A stretch of DNA of 64,000 nt, taken from NCBI GenBank assembly GCA_963814275.1, contig CAWFCE010000001.1:259307-323306 (forward strand). The letters run 5' to 3'. The translations under genes were made by a program, and so were the position numbers. Each line of letters begins with the position of its first letter. The first letter of the stretch is position 1. This document shows positions 63,080-64,000 of the stretch, piece after piece. The notes below the pieces were generated by a model. That model did not search any database. It saw nothing but the letters and a program-made list of their open reading frames with translations, and was not told the origin of the DNA. The DNA is from Candidatus Parcubacteria bacterium. GTDB taxonomy: Bacteria > Patescibacteriota > Patescibacteriia > Patescibacteriales > UBA12075.

Positions 63080-63988
63080 ATGAACAAATTAAAATATCCG
63101 CTGAATTTATTGATGCTGGCTTCTTTTCTGCTATGCGGCATAACCGGTTTAGTCAAATTTCCGGAATTCCAGAGATATTTCGGCCTGATCATCGACAATA
63201 TTTCCGCCTCTAATTTGACAATGCTTCATGACTGGAGCGGGTTAATACTGCTGGTGTCAATAATCATCCATTTGATAATGAAGAGGGTGAAAATATTCCC
63301 CATAAACCCGAAAGAATATTGGCTCGCCAACCGGAAAGGCATATCAATAATCCTTTTTATCCTGGCCGCGGCCATTACCTTGCTGTTTCTGGCCAGAAAA
63401 CCCGGCGCGATCCGATTGTCCGGGGTCGAGGTCAGGGAATATCAGGGTGAAAAACTGGATTCGATCAGCGACTTCCGGGAGAACTCGATCAAGGGGCCGC
63501 AATATATCGATAAGGAAAATTACCGGCTGGAAATTTCCGGCCTGGTAGACGAACCGGCGGCATACAGTTATGGCGAGATACTCGGACGGCAGCAATACCA
63601 AAAAGCCGTTGACCTGAACTGTGTCGAAGGCTGGGACGCCAATATCCTGTGGGAAGGTGTCAGGACGAGCGACCTGCTTAGCGAAGTGAATATCTCTCCC
63701 CGGGCCAATACGATAATTTTCTATGCTTATGACGGTTATTCAACCTCTTTTCCCCTGGATTATATAATGGACAATGATATTTTGCTCGCCGATAAGATGA
63801 ATGGAGTGGAATTACCGCCGGAGCGGGGCTTCCCTTTCCAATTGGTCGCCGAGGACAAATGGGGCTATAAGTGGATCAAGTGGGTCACTAAGATCGAACT
63901 TTCCGAAGACGCCGATTACCAGGGTTATTGGGAGAGCCGCGGCTACAATAATAACGGCGATCTAAGCGGCTCTAAATATAGCGAGTAA
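63080..63988 (+). CDS. DUF4405-like membrane domain plus molybdopterin-binding oxidoreductase domain (sulfite-oxidase/YedY fold)
   Basis: N-terminal TM helices with His (LHDWSG...IIIHL), then LNCVEGWDANILWEGV and GFPFQLVAEDKWGYKWIKW. This is the intact paralog of 50056-50968. Confidence 0.7.
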   Translation: MNKLKYPLNLLMLASFLLCGITGLVKFPEFQRYFGLIIDNISASNLTMLHDWSGLILLVSIIIHLIMKRVKIFPINPKEYWLANRKGISIILFILAAAITLLFLARKPGAIRLSGVEVREYQGEKLDSISDFRENSIKGPQYIDKENYRLEISGLVDEPAAYSYGEILGRQQYQKAVDLNCVEGWDANILWEGVRTSDLLSEVNISPRANTIIFYAYDGYSTSFPLDYIMDNDILLADKMNGVELPPERGFPFQLVAEDKWGYKWIKWVTKIELSEDADYQGYWESRGYNNNGDLSGSKYSE

Positions 63989-64000
63989 GGCTTGTTTTGT

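Overview
This 64-kb window looks like part of a small-genome, uncultivated bacterium, possibly CPR/Patescibacteria-like; that assignment is an inference from gene content and style, not a database hit. Genes of about 50-58% GC are separated by AT-rich spacers, and most core genes lack a Shine-Dalgarno (SD) sequence.

Recognisable content, in order:
- PadR plus PspC-domain gene pair, a CsoR-type repressor with its operator, trxA and HU.
- ECF sigma factor plus a membrane protein that may be an anti-sigma factor.
- A cysteine-free 1210-aa secreted surface (S-layer-like) protein, an IS200-type element, and a CARDB/FN3/TSP3 surface protein.
- A Wzy_C/O-antigen-ligase-like TPR protein and a glycosylation cluster: five GT4 glycosyltransferases, an epimerase, a methyltransferase, a GtrA fusion and a frameshifted nucleotide-sugar dehydrogenase.
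- rdgB, dnaG and rpoD.
- tRNA-Asn(GUU), whose anticodon loop is interrupted by a 562-nt group I intron carrying an HNH homing-endonuclease ORF.
- A compositionally different, SD-using segment of small unknown genes, a damaged GH3 gene, purB, a PAICS-like PurC/class-II-PurE fusion and a GH144-like glucanase.
- Assorted housekeeping and envelope genes: molybdopterin-oxidoreductase paralogs (one frameshifted), HD, DUF333, SIMPL, csp, PHP, typA and a DEAD-box helicase.

No rRNA and no CRISPR array were found.

Most notable observations:
1. The ORF-bearing group I intron in tRNA-Asn.
2. A three-copy conserved 43-nt module, each copy followed by its own terminator, that delimits gene blocks. It could be an sRNA family or a dif/Xer-like site.
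3. Pervasive intergenic palindromes built from short words. They include a nested 'gtcattgcgag/gaagcaatcc' repeat family, a 12.5-copy 28-bp tandem array, and an in-frame intrusion of such words into a glycosyltransferase gene.
4. A metazoan-style PAICS fusion next to purB.
5. A putative surface-protein glycosylation locus.

All functional calls come from reading motifs in the supplied translations. No searches were run.
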